A stretch of DNA of 64,000 nt, taken from the NCBI RefSeq assembly GCF_009914755.1, contig NC_060936.1; one strand, 5' to 3'. This DNA comes from the human T2T-CHM13v2.0 reference genome, Homo sapiens. The translations under genes were made by a program, and so were the position numbers. Numbering within the stretch: the stretch's first letter is position 1; each line of letters begins with the position of its first letter. The notes below the pieces were generated by a model that saw only the letters and a program-made list of their open reading frames with translations, ran no database searches and was not told where the DNA came from. Below are positions 26,760 to 41,200 of this stretch, piece by piece.

Positions 26760-27440
26760 GTATGTGTTGCAACAGCGGCCATCCAGAGGGCCTGGAAAGC
26801 CCTCTGCAGGAGGCAGCATCGAAGCTGAGAGCTGAAAGATGGCTGGGCATTCCTAGGTTAATGGGAGGAAGTAGAGGGAAAGGCATTCCAGAGAGAGGGA
26901 ACAGCAAGTACAAAGGCTCAGAGGTCAGAGAGTGCAGGTGCTTTTGGGGAACTGTAACCAGAGCATTCATGCTTGAGCATTAAGCAGGCAAAAAGCAGAA
27001 CCTAGTCACTGTGGCCCTAGGTCTCCTCTTCAGTTAAAACATCACAAAGCAGGCTGGTGGCCTTTCAGGGGGCTCATGGGCAGATAAGGAGTTTGGACTA
27101 CATTTTGAGGGTGATGGGAGCCATGGAGGTTTTGGGGCAGAGGAGTGATGCAGGTGGGCTTAATGTGAGGAAGGTGCCTCTGGCCATCATGTGCAGTGGA
27201 GGGGAGCAGAGGTGAGCTCCAAGTGGAGGCAGGGAGGCCAGGGAGGAGGCAGCTGCAGCATCTTGATGAGTGATCTGATCCCCGGTCCTGGAGCAGAGTT
27301 GTGGGAATGGGCTTGGATAGGAGTGACCAGCTAGGGACATTTGTCAGTGCTGAATTGACAGAGCTCTCCGTGGGGCCAGATGAGGGAGCATCTCAGGTGA
27401 GCGAGGTTTCTGTCTTGGGTTCTGGGCTGGCCCGAAAGGG
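26760..27440 (-). mobile_element. L2 fragments
   Basis: aaggcattccagagagagggaacagcaagtacaaaggc...gatgggagccatggaggtttt. Confidence 0.7.
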
Positions 27441-27456
27441 GCAATCCCTTTACCTC

Positions 27457-27740
<284 letters not shown>

Positions 27741-28779
27741 TGCGATCCCTTTACTACACTATTCTTTGGTCTCTGTAAAACAGAGGTGATTTCCACCTCC
27801 CCATCTCTCGGCATCCTTTTTCTGGGTGAGGGTCAAATGATATCCTCCCTGAGCCCACACCTTGCAGTGAACTGCAAAAAATCCCAAACCTCACCAAGAG
27901 GCCCCTCATGTTAGAGATACAAGCTCCATCATTTTGTCCGGTGGTTTTTCAAATGTGCCACCAACCCATCAGCTGAACAGAGATGCTACTTCTCACTCTC
28001 TCTGTTTTTTTTTTAATTGTAAAAACCAGTTTGAGGTCTCCTTCTCATCTCAGGAGAGGCACTGAGAAACAATGCCATCACCAAACAGCAGGTTCTAAGC
28101 AAGCACAAGCCAGCATTGATGGAGCACCTACTGTGTGCCGAGGCTCCCTGTGTGCTTCTCCTTGATCTTCTGGGTTAAGGCCACGGGGGAGTGAAATCTG
28201 ACAGAGTGAGTCTGTGCCCGGCTGCGCCGTGTCCTCACTACATGGGACCTTGAGCCAGGAATTCAGTCACTCTCAGCCTCAGTTTGCACATCCGTGTGCA
28301 CATCCATGTAAGGGGTCACTCACTGGACTCACCCAAAAGGTGGCTGAAGGAGTCAGTGTTCCCACTCCAGCCAGGGCCAGGTGAGCGGGCACCATGGACT
28401 GGATAAAAGACAGTCTTGGACTTGGCCCCAGGAGGTTGGCCTCATTGTTCCTGTTTGCGGAGGGAAGTCAGATCCGCAGCCCCAAAGCTGCCAGGGTGTA
28501 TTTCCCGACTCAGCCGTGCCCTTTTCACAAAGGCCCGGAGGAGACACAGCTGGGGTTGCTGCTGGCGGAGGTCAAGTGCAACCGGGCAGCGTTCACTCCT
28601 CCCTGTACAGACCCCTAAGAACAGAGATCAGGCCATCGAGGGGTGCAGGATTGGGCCACCTCATCCCAGTTGCCCAACTGATGGGGCCCACTTCAGTTTT
28701 TCACCCCACCCAGCCTGGAACCTTCCCAAAGCCCAGATAATTGTCACCTGGGGTTCTGTGCACTTTTTATAGAAGAACG

Positions 28780-29310
28780 CTGTGTTCCTTTCTGAGGACA
28801 CTTGTAACAAATTACCACCAACTAAAGGGGACTTAAAATAGTAGAAGTTTGTCCTCTCGTGGTTCTGGAGGCCAGAAGTCCAAGATCAAGGTGTCTGCAG
28901 GGCTGTGCTCCCTCTCCAGACTCCAGGGGAGGGTCCTTCCTCACCTCCCCCAGCTTCTGGTGGCTGCCGGCCCTGCCTGGTATTCCCTGGCTTGTGGCCG
29001 CATCACTAGGATCTTGCCTCCATCACCACATGACTGTCTTATCTTTGCACCTGTCTCTTCTTATAAGGACAAGGGTCGCTAGATTTAGGGCCCACCCTAA
29101 TCCGATATGCTCTCATCTTAACATAACTGATTAAATCCACCCGCCTTGGCCTCCCAAAGTGCTGGGACTGCAGGCATGAGCCACTGCACCCAGCCAAGCT
29201 CTAACAGATTTAAGTTTCTTTCTGACCTTATCTTATTTCCAAATAAGGTCACATTCTGAGGTTCAAGATGATGTGAATTTTAGGGTACCACAATTCAACC
29301 CAATACCAGC
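28780..29310 (-). mobile_element. MLT1C-like MaLR LTR containing an inserted Alu-junction copy
   Basis: gtaacaaattaccac...ttctggaggccagaagtccaagatcaaggtgtc...tttccaaataaggtcacattctgagg...caattcaaccca. Confidence 0.85.
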
Positions 29311-29982
29311 ATCTTTAGAAAACGTTGAGAGCAAGGGTGTCCTTTTCACCCTGACCTTTGTTAGGAGTTTTGTGGTGAAGAAGAGAGAGGGTGTGCGAAT
29401 GTCTCCCCCATCCGCAGGCAGGAAGAAGGGCTCCAGCTGTTAGTCCCAGATGTGTCTCTGAATGAAACACTGAGACTTGAAGTCTTGGCTGCAAACAGGG
29501 GGCTGTGTGGTCAGGCAGGAGGAGCAGAGTCTTCTGAGCAGGCTGAGCTGAGGTCTAGGCTATTGGCCTTTCCTCACAGCTTGCCTTTCCCAGACCCTCA
29601 ATTTTCATCTCTGTAAATTGGGCATAATAATAGTACCTTCCCAATGCGGCTGTTGGGAAGACATCACTGTGGGTTTTAATGCTAGACACTGACTAGTCCA
29701 AGGTCTCATTTGGACAAAGAATCTGGGACTGGGAGAGGAGCCGTAAGCAAAAGTGACAGGCCTGGAATCAGGGCTGGATCTGCTGCCTCCAAGAACAGTG
29801 TTCCTTTCTCACATCCAGCCCTGGTCCTGCCAGCGATTGGCTAGGAGGGTCTAAGACCTTTAATAATAAAGCTGGCAAATAGGAATGGCAGAGGCTAATC
29901 TTTGCAGTGACCCTCTGAGGAAGGGACAGCTGTAGTAATCCATATTTATTTTCCTGATAAGGAAACCAAAGCTCTGGCAGAT

Positions 29983-30290
29983 TTTTTTTTTTTTTTTTTT
30001 TTTTTTTAAGAAAAGTTCTCACTATGTTGCCCAGGCTGGAGTGCAGTGGCCCGATCATGGCTTACTACAGCCTCTGCCTCCCAGGCTCAAATGATCCTCC
30101 CCACCTCATCCTCCCGAGTAGCTGGAACCACAGGTACATGCCAACAAGCTCAGCTAATTTTTGTATTTTTTGTAGAGACAAGTTTTTGCCATATTGCCCA
30201 GGCTGGTCTCGAATTCCTGGGCTCAAGAGATCCACCTGCCTTGGCCTCCCAAAGTGCTGGGACTGCAAGCATGAGCCACTGCACCAGGCC
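29983..30290 (-). mobile_element. Alu (AluJ) inserted in a MIR
   Basis: Antisense Alu with long poly-T; MIR resumes (aagtttcctgcccaaggccatgcag). Confidence 0.96.
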
Positions 30291-30549
30291 AGGCCCAACA
30301 GATTTAAGTTTCCTGCCCAAGGCCATGCAGTTGGAACGTAGTGGAGCTGAGATGCAAATGCAGGTACATCCACCTCTATGTCTCACTTCCTCTGGCTCCC
30401 CTGTACCTCAGTTTCCCTATCTGGAAAATGACACCTGTTTCAGGTTCCCAGCTTAGATGACCCCGACTCCAGTAGAACTGTGCTGTTACATAAACTCTGG
30501 CTCGCCCAGGAGGGTGTCCTAGCTTTTGCATCTCCTGCCCCTCACACCA

Positions 30550-31410
30550 CGGCGACTTGAGATTTTTACACAGACGAGAACTGTGTGTGGGGCGGTGAGC
30601 AAGTAAGTGCGTGTTTGCAACAAATATTTTATAATAGACAAGCCTCGTCTGCCACTTCTAAAAGTAGTGAAAAAAAAAAACCCACTTTGAGAAAGTAAAA
30701 ATAACCCAACGCCTGAGTCACTGAAGTCACTGAACTCAGCTGGAACCGGCAGCTCCAAGCTGAACTGACTGCTTCAGCTCACCCAGGGCAGCAGGGCTGG
30801 GGCCAGAAATTTGACGGGGGGGCGATGAACACCTGAGCTTTTAGGGGGAAGTCCCAGTGGTTAGTTTGTGGGTGAAGCGCCTGTCGCTCTTCCTTTTATT
30901 TTAAGCTGCAGGATGAAATGGCTCCCTGAAACCCTCTATCTTCTTTTTCTTTTAAAAGTGACTTGACAATTGATAATTTTGCCCTGGCGATGGACACCTT
31001 AGAGCTTTTATTTCTTGGAGGCCAAACATTGATGTTGTGTGAAATGGGAGCTTGGCGGAGCCTTTGTGCGGATCTCAAGCTTCCTGAAAAATTTATTTAC
31101 TGTGACTGTGATCCGCAGGAGCCAATTGATGTTTATCTATAGTCGTTCGCGCCAGCAAGGAGGGGAAAAATGCATAACTGCACTTTCTTCAGAAGCCTTG
31201 CGAGGCTGTTTAAATAAGTATCTAATAGTGAACTTTCAATAGCAGACAGGCAATTTGACGGACAGGGGACAGTGTATTATTAACCATAAGCAGGCTTAAT
31301 CTTTCCCCCACATTTTAGAGGAAGCTTTATAACCTTCTGGCAGAGGAATTCCTGAAAACGAGGTATTTGAAGCTAAGCAAAAATTATCCTGGCCATTCCC
31401 GTGGCAGAAT
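30550..31410. promoter_or_regulatory. candidate enhancer / CNE
   Basis: ~850 bp repeat-free and CpG-retaining; TGAGTCA 30714-30720, CAATTGAT twice, TATTTAC, TGTTTA, TAATCT. Confidence 0.45.
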
Positions 31411-31681
31411 CGATCACTCCAAGAGCCGCATGAAGGAGGGGAACAGGCTGCGGCTGGGCCCGGTGTGAGCAGCCCTGGCCACCTCATTGTGGCGGAAGGG
31501 CCCGAGAAGTGGACGGGGACCGGGAGCGGGCAGAGGGAGGCAAGGGTCATGCTGGAAGCCTGGTTTTCCTGCCAGGTAAGTAACTTCTGCTGTTAACTGA
31601 GCTTGGGGACTGGGGTCAGAGACCTGTGTCTTCCCCCTGTGCCCCGGTTGCAACAGCACCTAGCTTTTGGCAGCATCCACC

Positions 31682-31971
<290 letters not shown>

Positions 31972-32338
31972 GCATCCACCTTTTAAGCAATAGAAGTGAT
32001 TTATGTGATACTGTTCAATGCATGTCTGTCTTGCTCATTGTGCCGGAAGTTTTGTGCAGCCTGGAGGCTGTCTTATTTAACCAGGGAGGCTCTCTTGATC
32101 TCTGGACGAAGGTAGACTGGCTTAGTTACAGAATTGTCCCCTGGCCCCCTACCTGGCTGTCATCACCTTGGGAGTAATGCAGCCTTCAGTGTCTGTCTCC
32201 TCCTATTTAGAGGGTCAGCCGCAAGCACCCAGGGACTTCACCTCAGTCTGCCCAGCACCAGATACCCCATAGCATCTCTTATGCTGTTTATTGAATGACT
32301 AGCCATGTGTTTTCCTGGGGTGGGAACAGCTGTGGTTA

Positions 32339-32672
<334 letters not shown>

Positions 32673-33893
32673 TCAAATTCCTGTCTGTTACCCACTGTGT
32701 GTTCTTAGGCAAGTGGTCTGCCTTCTCTGAGTCTTTATTTCCTGGTCTAATGAGGTAAGGAGGGAAATGACTTCACCATTTTAAGTCTCAGTTTCCTCAT
32801 TTGTAAAGTAAGCATAGCAGTGCTCCCCTCCTTGAGGGCTGCAGTGAGAGGTAGATGAGAGGGTGCAGGTGAAGGACTCAGTGTGTGAGTTATAGCTGTT
32901 CTTATTAAAATTGTATTGATCAATATTACCGTTACTACCATCACTACTTTTTCTCTCCATGAAATAAGCGAAACTCACAGCCTCCATTTTGTCTGCTTCA
33001 GACATTGTCAACCCTTTCAATGTCTCAAAGCCAGAATGAAGGAGCATGCTGGGTGCCATGTAGGGTCCGGAAATGCTGGGCCTGGAGTGAGTCCCTGCAC
33101 ATGGTGGTTGCTCTCATGCATCTGCTCCGTGCAGGAGCAGTGAGCTGGCCCTGGAGCTGAGTCCCCTTGTGCAAGTCCGAGCCTCCTCGAGCAAGGGCTC
33201 AGAGGCTGACAGGGTCAGCAGTGATGCTGGGACAAGAGAGAGTGCCAGGGGCTCAACAAGTGGCTCGTGGATGAGTGATGGTTCCAGGATTAAGTGTGCC
33301 ACCGAGCCCCCCATCAGCAGGGAGAACCAAGAGCTGCCTGGTGCTCAGAGCAGTTATCACCAGAGTCTGGTCCGCATTCTTGCCAACAGCCTAGAGAGTA
33401 CAAAATGGAGCCCTCCGGTGGGGGTGAGGGGAAATCAGACCTTGGAGGTCTCAAGTTCCCTACCTGCCTGGGCTGAGGTTCTTTGTCTGCCCCGGGCTGT
33501 TCTATCCCCTACCCCTCACATCCTTTCTTGCTCTCCCAGAAGCCAGTTGGGTTTACCCAAATTATCATCCCCATGGCCACCACAGAGCAGAGTGGGAGGC
33601 GGGGCCCTTTGCTGGGTGCTCCCCGTATGGAATCTTAGGAGCTTTTATCACTTACACCCATTTTCCAGAAGAGGAAACTGAGGCTCACAGAGGCAAAGTC
33701 ACTTGCCCGAGGCCCCATAGCCATCCCGTGGTCCTGTCCCTCTTCTCTGATGCTTCACATCCCCGCTTCCCAGCTCAGTGGCACCTCCAGCCTCCTCTTT
33801 CCCTCCAGAAAGCAAGGCCAGCTCAGCCACGGGGTGGGTTTGTGAGTTGAGCTGGAATTGTTCAGGAGATCTGGCTTGAAGAAGTTAGTAGGC

Positions 33894-34170
33894 TGTAATC
33901 CCAACACTTTGGGAGGCCGAGGCAGGTGGATCACTTGAGGTCAGGAGTTAGAGACCAACCTGGCCAGCATGATGAAACTCCATCTCTACTAAAAATACAA
34001 AAATTAGCCAGGCATGGTGGTGGGCACCTGTAATCCCGGCTACTTGGGAGGCTGAGGCAGAGAATTGCTTGAACCCAGGAGGTGGAGGTTGCAGTGAGCC
34101 AAGATCACACCACTGCACTCCAGCCTGGGCAACAAAGCAGGGCTCCATCAAGAAAAAAAAAAGAAAAAGA
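33894..34170 (+). mobile_element. Alu (AluS), slightly 5'-truncated
   Basis: Begins at ctgtaatccc; TSD-like GAAGAAGTT.G.AGG. Confidence 0.96.
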
Positions 34171-35292
34171 AGAAGTTGGGAGGCAGCTAAGATCTTGGCT
34201 TCAGAAGGTGAGTCCCTGTTGTCAAGATAAAAAGGATTAAATCCTAAAAGCAGAGCCTTGCCAACACATCGGACAGAGCCCAGCACCCCCGAAAGTTCTG
34301 CACTGGGCATCCTTCCTGTTCCCTTCTCATGCCTCTGATGGGAGCTCTGGTCCAGATACACCCAGGAAGGTGACATGAGACCCTCAAATGTGTGTGTGTC
34401 ACCTGAGACCACCAGGTGTGGCCTTGGAGTGAAAACCCATGTTGTTCTGGGCTCAGGTACTCAGATGCCTGTCTTGGGGTGACAAACCCCATCTCCCACT
34501 GCTTCCTGTTCAATTTTGGGAAGTGTTTTGGGAAATGACACACTGCTCACCTGCTTGTCCCCAAGCCCTCCATCTCCAGAGAGCAGGATGGGAAGTTGGG
34601 GAGGAAGCAGAGGAGCCAGGGTCTTTCTTTTTGGCTTTATTTATTAGCAACAAATACGAGAGCTTAGAGCAAGGCACCAGCAGCAGAGGGAGCCTAAAAT
34701 GATATTAATCACAGCAGCAATAACTAATACATATTCATGTGCCTACCCGGGGCCAGATCTGGGGAGCTCCTAGATAACTAAAATGGGCTTCTGCTCTCAG
34801 GGGGGTCACTGGCGTGAGCAGACCACCCGTGACTGCACAAGACAGCGTTTTCTCACAGCAGCAGGTCCTGCTCGGCAAGCGAGGCGCTCAGAGTCAGGAG
34901 CCAGGGAGGATCCGCAAAGAGACTGCAGCGAGCAGGCAGGGGATCGGGGTGGCTGTTTTGTACCTGGGGCACAGCATTGGGCACCAGGAATGGCGTGGGC
35001 ATTGGCACAGAGAACCCAGGCTCCAGGGCGTGTGAGTCGTTTTGCTGGGTTAGAGGTGAGCTTGGAGTGGTTGGTGGGTGTCAGATCAGACAAGGCCCCA
35101 AGGCCACCACATGGAGTTTGGACTTTTCCCCGAGGCTCAGAGTAAGGATTTGGGGAGTTTAGTTCTAAGAGCTACAGGAAGCCATTGAAGGGCGTAAGCT
35201 TGGGACAGTAGTGACAGGATCCACTTACCTTTTGCAAAGAAGTCTCAGGCCACCATGGAGAGGAGGGTCGTAGGGGTAAGAACAGAGTCGGG

Positions 35293-35627
<335 letters not shown>

Positions 35628-37351
35628 TCATCGGCCTTGGCACCGGGGATTCCCGGGTACAGGCCAACGAGGGACCTTTCAAAGTAGATACGCATCTCTG
35701 GAGGGAGGCCACTGAGGCTGCTGTGAGCTGCCTTGCCAGCATTTCTCCTTTCCATCCCACATCTTGACGCTCGGGGACTGCGGAGCCCCAGTTGACAATA
35801 TGGTGACATGTTAACGGGGGAATGGCCGGAGGGGACCTATACCCCCAGCCCCAGAGCAGCTCAGACAAGAGCAGGAAGCCAACGTCACCTCCCTCTCTCT
35901 AGCAAGGACTCATGTTGGTCTCCTGATTCCCTTTCTCTTCGTGAGTTCAGAGGAGGAGGACAGTGAGCCACGCTGGAGGGACTTGGCCTCGGCTGGCACA
36001 AGCTGGGTATTCATTTATTCATGCACTTAGCAGCCGCCCATGGGGCTCATGCCTGGTGCAGGGGAAAGGGGGAGCACCGCAGACTGCCTCCTCCCCTCAG
36101 GGAGCCCCCAGACAGGAACGGCCAGAAGTGCAGCATGTAGAACCAGCCTGAGAAGAGCTGTCCCTGAGTAGGAGCCGGGAGGCCTCTGGAGTAAGGATAG
36201 GTGCTCAATATAGCCTGGAAGGCCAAGGAAGTCTCCCAGAGGAGGCCACCTACATCATCTGCTCAGTGAAGGCAGGAACTGGGTTGCCCATTCAATACAG
36301 GATCCCAAATGCTCAGCAGTGTGGAAGGAAGTGACTTGGAAGCTCAGACCTGAAGGGCGACCAGGTCCTGCCCCAGCAGAGGCAGGAACGTGTGTTCAAG
36401 GTGGAGGAAACGGCCTGGCCAAAGGCTCGGAGGTGGGCTTTGTGCAAATCACTGTTCAGAGTGCCTGGGACCTCCGGGTGAGCAGGGTGTGGCAAGAGCT
36501 GAGGCTGGAGGCCAGAGGCAGTGCTGCATTTTGGGGTCTAGGCCTCTGAGCTCATAAAAATAGCTCGGTGCTTTCTTAAACCGTTATGTGGTTTCTCTTC
36601 TTCCTTCATTTCTTGCCAAGCCCGGAAAGCCAGGTTGGGTCACTGCTGGGAGGTATGAGGTGAGACTCGGGTTTGCAGGCAGGGCAAGTTGTGGGGAGGT
36701 GGGGGTGGCCCCCTATTTGTTGGGGGCAGACCTGCCATTTGAAAGCCACCATCCTCATGTGTAGCCCTCACATGGGAGAACAGGATTGGACCTGCAGGGA
36801 TCCTGGCTGGGGTGAGATGGAGTCTCAGGGGAAGGTGGGGGATGTCTCTGCCAGCTTTGGGGCTCCCAGTCTCTCTGATCACCTATTGGGTTTATTGGGC
36901 GCCGAAACTGGGGCCTGCACGGATGGTGTAAAATCAGACCCAGGCAGCCTGGGTCAGTGCCCATCATTCAGAGTGACCCTCTGTCCCCTCCATGCCCAGC
37001 GGGGCCGATGGGCAGCTAGGAGGCGAGGGACCGTCTGGCTCAATCGAGAGCCAAAGAGGTAATGCTAATGTCTTTTAAAATTAGAATGAAAATGTTTATT
37101 GCAGAGCAGAACCTGCGTCAGCTCAGAGTCCTGTGGGAAGGGAACGGCTTTATCGCAGCCTTTCGCTTTTATTTTTGCACATTCGCTTTTTATTTGCCGG
37201 TGGTGCTGCTGACGGGCCCTCGGAGCGGGGCTGTGTCTGGACACTTCTGGGAGCCTTGGACGGCTCTGGAGAGGAGGCAGGAGCTGCCCAGGGTGAGTGC
37301 AAGGACCCGCCGAGGGTTGAGAGGACTTGGGGGATGTGAGAGCAGGAGCCT

Positions 37352-38015
37352 GTGACTGTGTGTGTGTGTGTGTGTGTATGTGTGTGTGTGCTTGTGTCTG
37401 TGTGTGTCCTTGTGCCTGTGTGTGTCCTTGTGCCCCTTTGTGTGTCCAGCTCGATGTATGCGTGGCCTGTGTGGCTCTCCGTGTGTCTTTCTCTGCGTGT
37501 GTGGTGGCCGCGAGAGCCGTCCATGCATGAGATTGAGTGTGGATCTCTGCCTATCTCTGTGTGTGCACTCATGAGTTGTGTGTGTGTCTGTGTGTCTTTG
37601 GAGGTGGCCATGGGTGTGGCTGGGTGTGGGTCTTGGCCCTCTGTGTCTTTCTGTTTGTGCGGATGTGTGTGTGTATCTTAAGGAGACACATGGGTGCGTG
37701 ACTGGTGGGTCTGTGTGGGTGCAGACACCCATGTGTGCAAGTCAGAGGGGTATGCATGCGTGTGTGTAAGCATGAGTGTACACCCACAAGTGTGTGAATT
37801 GTATACATTTGAACATGTGAGCTTGCATGGAGGAGGGTGTCACGTGGCAGAGTGAGTTGTGTGCATGTATTTTGCATGTGTGTGCTACATATGAGAGCGT
37901 GTGGACTGAGCACACGTTGCACAGGAGGGTGTGAGCAGTGCTCATGTGCTGGAGCACCTGTGTGAGTATGTATGTGAGCACATGTTGCATGTGTTGCATA
38001 TGAGCACATGTGTGG
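37352..38015. repeat. degenerate TG-rich low-complexity tract
   Basis: Direct reading; it produces the CV/HT-repeat ORFs. Confidence 0.92.
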
Positions 38016-38809
38016 GGCACTTCCATCTTGCATGGGGGAGCCCCCAGTAGAGCCCTCCCTGGGCAGCTCAGCTTGCCACCAAGGAGGTCACTGTAGACTC
38101 CCAGCCTCTTGCCTCAGCCCCAGCTCCAGTCAGAGCCTGGAAAACCCTCCCCTGTCCCTCTGAGGGCTGTGGCCATTTTTAACCCACCCTATTCCAACCA
38201 AGATGGTTTTGTCAAGATTTGCCTTCTGTAGCTTGGGCGATAAAAACAATGGGTGTTTTGGTTTTGGAAGGGGTGTTGCTTTCTAAATACCAAAGCATTT
38301 TGTGACACGAATGCGCTTTTTCAAGGTGCACTCACCCCTCGTGATGAGGACCCCTGGGTGACAATGGGTCAGTGCGGCCCGGGGGAGGCTGGTGCCCCAG
38401 GATTGGTTCCTGGGATGCACCTTCCAGGAAGGCTGCCCTGAGCTGTGTGGTAAGGGACTCTGGCCACAGCCCTGGAGACTGTCAGGGTCCCCCAGATGGC
38501 CACACCACAGCAGCCCTGCATCCTGCCACCTGCAGGGTGTGACCCCCTACAGCCGCTTCTCCAGGCTAGAAAATCCATGCCTTGCAGGGAACCTGGTGGC
38601 TGCCGGGCTTCTCCACAGAGCCATGGAGCCAGAGGAACCTCCTTTTGATCTCTGTCCCTGTCCGGCTCACTGTCCCTTCACTGGGATTTGTCATGTTGTG
38701 GTATCACCCTCTGCAGATCTGGGTGGGTGAGTGGGTAGGGGGAGTCACATCTTACAAAACAGAAACCAGGTACTCTGCAGAATAGAAGATGGTCGCGCCA
38801 GTGCCAGAT

Positions 38810-39175
38810 GCATATCTGGAGCCTGGCTTCAAACACTGTGTGGCCTTGGGCATGTTGCTGAGCTTCTCTGAGCCTTAGTCTTCCCACCTGTAAAATGAGA
38901 GTCATAACAGAGCCAGGCTCAGGGCTGTCTCTTACTTGTTACCTTGGGGTCTTTCTGGAACAAGGCAGACTTCCGTGGGCCAGATTGGTTCGGTGTGTCC
39001 TAGCTATGTGTGATATCAGGCAGGTCACTTTATCTGTGCCTCAGTTTCCTTACCTGCAAAATCGGGCTAAATACAGTACCGACTACATGGGGATGTTGTG
39101 AGAGTTAAATTTCTTACTTTACATAAAAGGTTATAGTAAGTACTATAGAGCAGGAGCTATTATTGTTATTTCTGG
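38810..39175 (+). mobile_element. two MIR copies
   Basis: Two MIR cores (ctctgagccttagtcttcccacctgtaaaatg; ctgtgcctcagtttccttacctgcaaaatc). Confidence 0.8.
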
Positions 39176-40844
39176 AACGCCTGAACTCAGATTAAAACGT
39201 CCTGTCGGCACACAATATCCTCTTTTTTTAAAATCACACAATGTGTAACCCACTCTTTCTGTAGCCTTGCCCACTGTGTGCTGCTGTCAGGCAGCTGCTG
39301 TGTGCCAGGCATCTGGCTGGGCATGCCCGAGGCATCGTGGTATGGGTTATGGGGTGGGTGTCCTGCGTGGGTGGGCCGCGCCAAATGCTGTGCCTGTCTC
39401 TCCTCCAACGGTCTGGTGAGGTGGGCAGGGACTCAGGTTAAATCACCCTGGGCAGCAGCCAGGTGTGGGAGCCAGCCGACAAGGAAGCCACCTGGCAGCT
39501 CTCCCTCCGAGGGAGGATCTAGCAAGCTCAGGCTTGTGGCGGTTGTGGGCATCCGAGACTGTTTTGTGCACTTGTCCAAAGCCGACTGACATCTGAGCAT
39601 TGGTGGCAGACAACTGAGAGGAGAGTGGCATGAGATTTCCCCTGAGCCTGGCACCACACTGTGCCCTGAGCCCACCCCACCTTCAACCATGTCACGGACA
39701 TGTTGATGATGAAATACTCAGGCTCATTCAGTGAGGCCCTCTGCCTGGGCCAGGCCTTGTGCTGAAACAGCTTGCATGCATGATCTCGTCTAGTCTTTGT
39801 AGAAACCCCTCAAAGTAAATCCTTATTCCTATTTTATGGGGAGAAAGCTGAGGCTTGGAGACATTTTGGAGTCTTCCAAATCTGTGTAGAAGTTCTAGTT
39901 CTTCCAGTTGCCGAGTGACTTCAGGACAGCTCCTTAACCTCTCTGAGCCTCTGTTTACCCACTTCGTAGTGGGTAGCAAAAGTTCAATGAGACAGTGTAG
40001 CTAAAACATTTAGCTTGGCAGTTTGCGTAGTAAGTGATCAAAAAAAAAGCTGTTATTGTTATTACTATTGTTACTATCTTATCTTTTTGCAAGGTGATAT
40101 TCCTTACCAGTTTAATGATACCAACAAGATTTGAAGTGGATGCCTTGATGTTTACAGAAAGGGGTTATTTTTTAGGAATAAAACACTTTATTTTTATTAT
40201 TATTAGCAACAGATAATTTTGTAAGTTTCCTGCCTAGAGGGGACACTCCTCTTACCTTGACGGTCTTATTGGATGGGGGTGAAGCTTTTTCTATTTCATG
40301 GATTTTTGCCTCCCTCACTGGGATGCTTTGAGCAAAAGGTCTGGTGTATAGTAGATGCTCAACCAATGCTTGTTGGATGGGTGGACAAGCGGTGCACCAT
40401 GCTCACTGTGGCTAACGGGTGATTGGGTTCGGGAACGACCTGGCAGTTTCCCATAAACAGGGCGCCTGATGGAAGCATCTTCCCTTTGCAGAGTTGTTCC
40501 TGGGTGCTGGGAACATACCTTGGAGTCAGTCACTTAACTGAGTGTGATGGCCAGAGATAAAGGAGCTGGCAGGAAACTGAGATGCTATCTCTCAACTCGA
40601 AGACCAGGGAATGGGTTAGAGGGAGTGAATATGACCTTGACAGACAGGCGTACATCAACTGTGAGGGAAACTTCATTCATTCATTCATTCAGTGAACATT
40701 TCTGTGCTCAGTGCTGGGATGCAAGGAGATGCCCTGTTGGGGCCAAGTGAAAGAAGAGAACTGGTTGATGCATGAATCTCAAATAGACTTTTCAGGGACT
40801 TTGTCACACTTGGGGAGGATCTGGGGCCACTGTCTACTATAACA

Positions 40845-41200
40845 GGCAGGACTCTTACGGTTCTATCTGAGAGAAACTTATCTGGAGTCAACTTAAACAA
40901 AAGAAAATTTTTATTGGCTCATGTGACCTGAAACGGTCAGGTGTCTGCCTTCAGGCATGGCTGTATCCAGCTGCTCAAATGGTGTTATCTCATCCTACTC
41001 AGATCTTGGCTCAGCTTTTCCCCTGTATGGGTGGGCTTTGTTCTGAGCCAGGATTCTCCCCTGGCAGCTGTTTCACCACCTTGGCAGCTCCCAGGGAAAG
41101 AAAGCAGCTCTTTCCTAGGCTTTAGCAAATGTCCTGGGATTCCCCCTGATTGGACCAACTTGGATCCATGCATTTGCCCAAGCCGTTCCGACCACCTGGA
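40845..41200. mobile_element. old MaLR LTR (MLT1K/L-like)
   Basis: ttattggctcatgtgacctgaaa...cttcaggcatggctgtatccag...ctgattggacc. Confidence 0.6.

Noticed and set aside
37150-38033. His/Thr- and Cys/Val-rich ORFs
   Set aside because: Translation of a TG low-complexity tract
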